DNA from: the human T2T-CHM13v2.0 reference genome, Homo sapiens
Assembly: GCF_009914755.1 (NCBI RefSeq)
Contig: NC_060931.1
Direction: 5' to 3' (one strand)
Length of the DNA stretch: 64,000 nt
Shown in pieces: positions 60,901 through 64,000 of the stretch (the stretch's first letter is position 1; each line of letters starts with the position of its first letter). The position numbers and the translations under genes were made by a program. The notes below the pieces were generated by a model. The model was given only the letters and a program-made list of their open reading frames with translations, was not told the origin of the DNA and made no database searches.

Positions 60901-61969
60901 CGTAACCTCTCAGTCCGCCTTTTCTGTCCTAAGTCAGCTGTACCAAGCCTGCTAGGGAAGAGCATTCTCTTTGGTTATCTTTCTCTCTCCCCATCAATAG
61001 CACATCCTCCTGGCTAACTAATGTCTCTTGTGTAATGATAGCAGCACCTCTGAGAGAAAGGGAATTTCTCTGGCACAGTTCGTCTCAACACCAGCATAAC
61101 ACAGGCTGTTGCTTAGGAGTGGGAATCATTAGAGTCAGGCCATTATTGGAGGGGACCGGTCTCTAGGGGAGCTAGCAGAAATTGCCGCTCCTTAATGGAT
61201 GGAAACTCATTTGCCTGAAGCCCCTGCCCTCCTCTTTATTTTCTCTGCATTCCTCACCTCCCATTGCTTCCCAGCTTTGAAGTTGAAAAGAGAGGTAACT
61301 CCACCCAATGCACATTTCTGCTAAATTAACTTGGTTAGAAGAAATCCTTGCCTGAAAGCACTGTTCTTTTAGAATGTTTCTATTGGGACTTCACTTGAAA
61401 CCATCATGAAGAAGACAAATTCTAATTAAATGTATGTGATAAAATTATAGCCAGGGCCACTCTGTTCCCAAGAGAGGATTTGAGATGGGAGGAAGAGGGG
61501 ACAATTTCCTAGCTTTCTGGACCCCAGTTTCAGGGTAGACCCCTGAGTCAACCTGGGCTGCCAGAGCTTTCCCTCTGAGGGTCCCCTTGCTTACACAACA
61601 CTAGGAAGGCCAGGGAGGTAGAGCGGGACTCCAGGCTTCTCTGCTTCTCCAAGGGTCTGCATGACCTTGAACAGACCTCTAACATGATTTAGCTTTCTGC
61701 AAGCCCTCCTGTCATGTTGGGATAGATGTTACCTTACTACCCTGCACTCTTGTAGAGAGAAGGGGAAGGCCATGGAAGCAACACATGCCCCTTTTGGTTT
61801 ATTAGCCATGGGGCTGCCATCAGAGCACACATGCCCTGAAGAGAAAGGAAAGTTGCCTGATTTCTCAGCTCTTCCTGTTTGAATGAAATCATGAGTGGGC
61901 ACCATCTGTCTCAGAGCATTAAGCACAGATAACAGTACTGGTGGGAAAGGCCTTCCCCCCTCCCAAAAG

Positions 61970-62073
61970 GGAACTATAAAGGATTGCATCAAACTGCAAA
62001 CTCCAGGGGGCACTAATCACTTTGCCATTTCTGTAAATGGCGCCCCCTGGAGTTGTAAGTCATGGTGGCCCTG
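61970..62073. mobile_element. Palindromic hAT-Tip100 MITE remnant (MER91-family-like) with two CTCF-like motifs
   Basis: Inverted arms aactccagggggcacta (61999-62015) and tggcgccccctggagtt (62038-62054). TIR-like ggccctg ends at 62073. Confidence 0.6.
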
Positions 62074-63601
62074 CCGGCGCTCAGCAATTGCGCTAGGTCG
62101 CGAACCCAGAGACTACAGGTAAGGTCTCTGCATCACCAGCTATGTGACACCTGGGCAAGGCACATCTTCCTGGGCTTCATTTTCCTCATAAATAAAATGT
62201 GAGGGTTCAACTAGATTTTCTGAATTAACTTGGAAGTTCTCATTGCCCTCTCCATATCCCGGAAGTTAGGAACCATGAACCTGTGTTCTGTCTCAGTGTC
62301 AATTGTCATCCCCAGGTCGGCCAGCCTCGATAACATACCCAGAATGAGAAGGCACCCTCGGCTGACATAACACCACTAGTCGGAGTGGATGTGGACTTAC
62401 ACATGAAGGGGGAAGGATTAAGGAAAGGGAAAGCCTCCAGCGGGCACAATGGATGAAACAGCAAGCGCACAGAATGGGCCAATGCCTTATTCTTCTTGTA
62501 TTCATCCTTCTCTGTGGCTTCAGAGCCTTTTTTCTGACACACATGCACACAGCACCTCCAGTGCTTGCCGTCTCTCCCCCTCATGAGAGAAACAAAATGA
62601 AATGCAAACATGCTTTGAAAGAGCACAGTCTTGTCCTGTCCCTCTGCATCCCCTCTCCTCATTTCTAATGAAAAAAATAGTCTTCCCTTTCCCTGGTTCC
62701 TTCAACAGTCTCTTCCTTAGGTTATTTTTTTCCTCTCTCCTTTCCTACTCCATCCAGACTTCCCCCTGCCTAATCTTAAAGAGATGAATTGGAAGAATAT
62801 GCAGTCGTGTCAGAAGGATGCCATTGTCAGTTCACACAGGCAGACACTAATAGGATAAAGTATTATCTGACTTCCTTTAAGTCCAGAAATTAAGTCTTCT
62901 TGCAATGGCAATAGATTATAACTTATAACCACTGTGGCTGGCAGGCTGCAGAAACAGGCTGTTAGTATCTGAGGCCTCAGCTCCATTTCTGGGCCTATTG
63001 TGAGGGATGCACTCAGCATTCCTCCAAACACAGCTGCATGATCCAGGGAACTGGCACTTGGCTCCTGGATGGAACTGCCTCTGTGGAGAGCTGCCTATAA
63101 CTCATTCAGTTCACCTGCCGTGGGAGAAGCTGTCTGAATGGTCTTAATGAACCTGGATGAGTGGGCAGGTAAAGGGAGGAAGCCAGGGTCTTGAAGACTG
63201 GGAAGAAGTAGCCCGAGGCAAGGAAACCAAACTTTGCACAGGGAACACTTAGTGTGTGAAAGCTCTTCTCAGTCATCCTTGCTGACTCATTGAGCAGGTA
63301 GTAACTTATCTAGTGACTAAATCAGCACCAGCTTAGAGACACAGGGAAATGAGGGTTGAGACCTTAAAGGAACTGTAAAAGAGACTACAAATTAAGGAGT
63401 TGCCCTGGAGAGGAAATATCATGAGAAATGTTAGGAAGAAAGAGCCATCATTCTTCAAAATGGAGGGCCTCATGCAGGATTTCCTAGGTCCTGTTATGGC
63501 AGATGAGTGTACTCAAATGGGGAATATGGGACAGGAAACCTGATACAATAATTAATTGAAGGGTATTTTTTTATTAGTGGGGCTATAAGAAGGTAGGTGG
63601 G

Positions 63602-63905
63602 GGCTGGGTACAGTGGCTGACGCCTGTAATCCCAGCACTTTGTGAGCCCAAGGTGGGCGGATTGCCTGAGGTCGGGAGTTTCAGACCAGCCTGGCCAGCA
63701 TGGTGAAACCCCGTCTCTACTAAAAATACAAAAATTAGCCAGGCGTGGTGGTGCGCACCTGTAATCCCAGCAACTCGGGAAGCTGACGCCAGGAGAATCG
63801 CTTGAACCCGGGAGGCGGAGGTTGCAGTGAGCCGAGATCACACCACTGCACTCCAGCCTGGGCAACAGAGCAAGACTCTCTCTCAAAAAAAAAAAAAAAA
63901 AAAAA
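63602..63905 (+). mobile_element. AluSq-like, full length
   Basis: gtcgggag together with ctggcca.catggtg. TSD aagaaggtagg(t/a)ggg at 63587-63601 and 63906-63920. Confidence 0.88.
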
Positions 63906-64000
63906 AAGAAGGTAGGAGGGTATGAAAGAAACAAGTAGATCAAGTACTGTTTCTTTGGCATCCTATAATTGATTTAAACTGTAGTAATTACTCTAGTAAT

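Noticed and set aside
56000-64000. LRRC4 coding sequence expected in this intron
   Set aside because: No long minus-strand leucine-rich-repeat ORF is present. The gene should lie beyond the window end.

Overview
Primate, most likely human, genomic DNA. It is almost entirely intronic sequence of SND1 (Tudor-SN/p100, + strand). The only convincing protein-coding exon is 110 nt at 32622-32731 ([37 protein letters not shown]), which I recall as exon 16. Downstream lies the region I recall as the intronic transcript SND1-IT1 (NAG8/C7orf54), whose 110-aa ORF sits inside an L2 remnant. The largest feature is a ~3.7 kb 5'-truncated, 5'-inverted L1PA2-type LINE-1 (4922-8618) with a 17-bp TSD and a 28-bp duplication at the inversion. 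There are 13 Alu/FLAM elements, including a very young AluYa5-like copy with 4 of 5 diagnostics, plus a solo LTR10 nested in MER58B, several hAT MITEs and L2/MIR remnants. The other track ORFs are chance or repeat-derived. I see no wholly new biological system. The best leads are a duplicated UG-flanked cryptic micro-exon pair (TDP-43-type architecture), the L1 inversion-duplication, a templated-insertion scar replacing an Alu tail, and a MITE hairpin carrying two convergent CTCF motifs. Repeat subfamily calls come from remembered consensus sequences and need RepeatMasker/Dfam confirmation.
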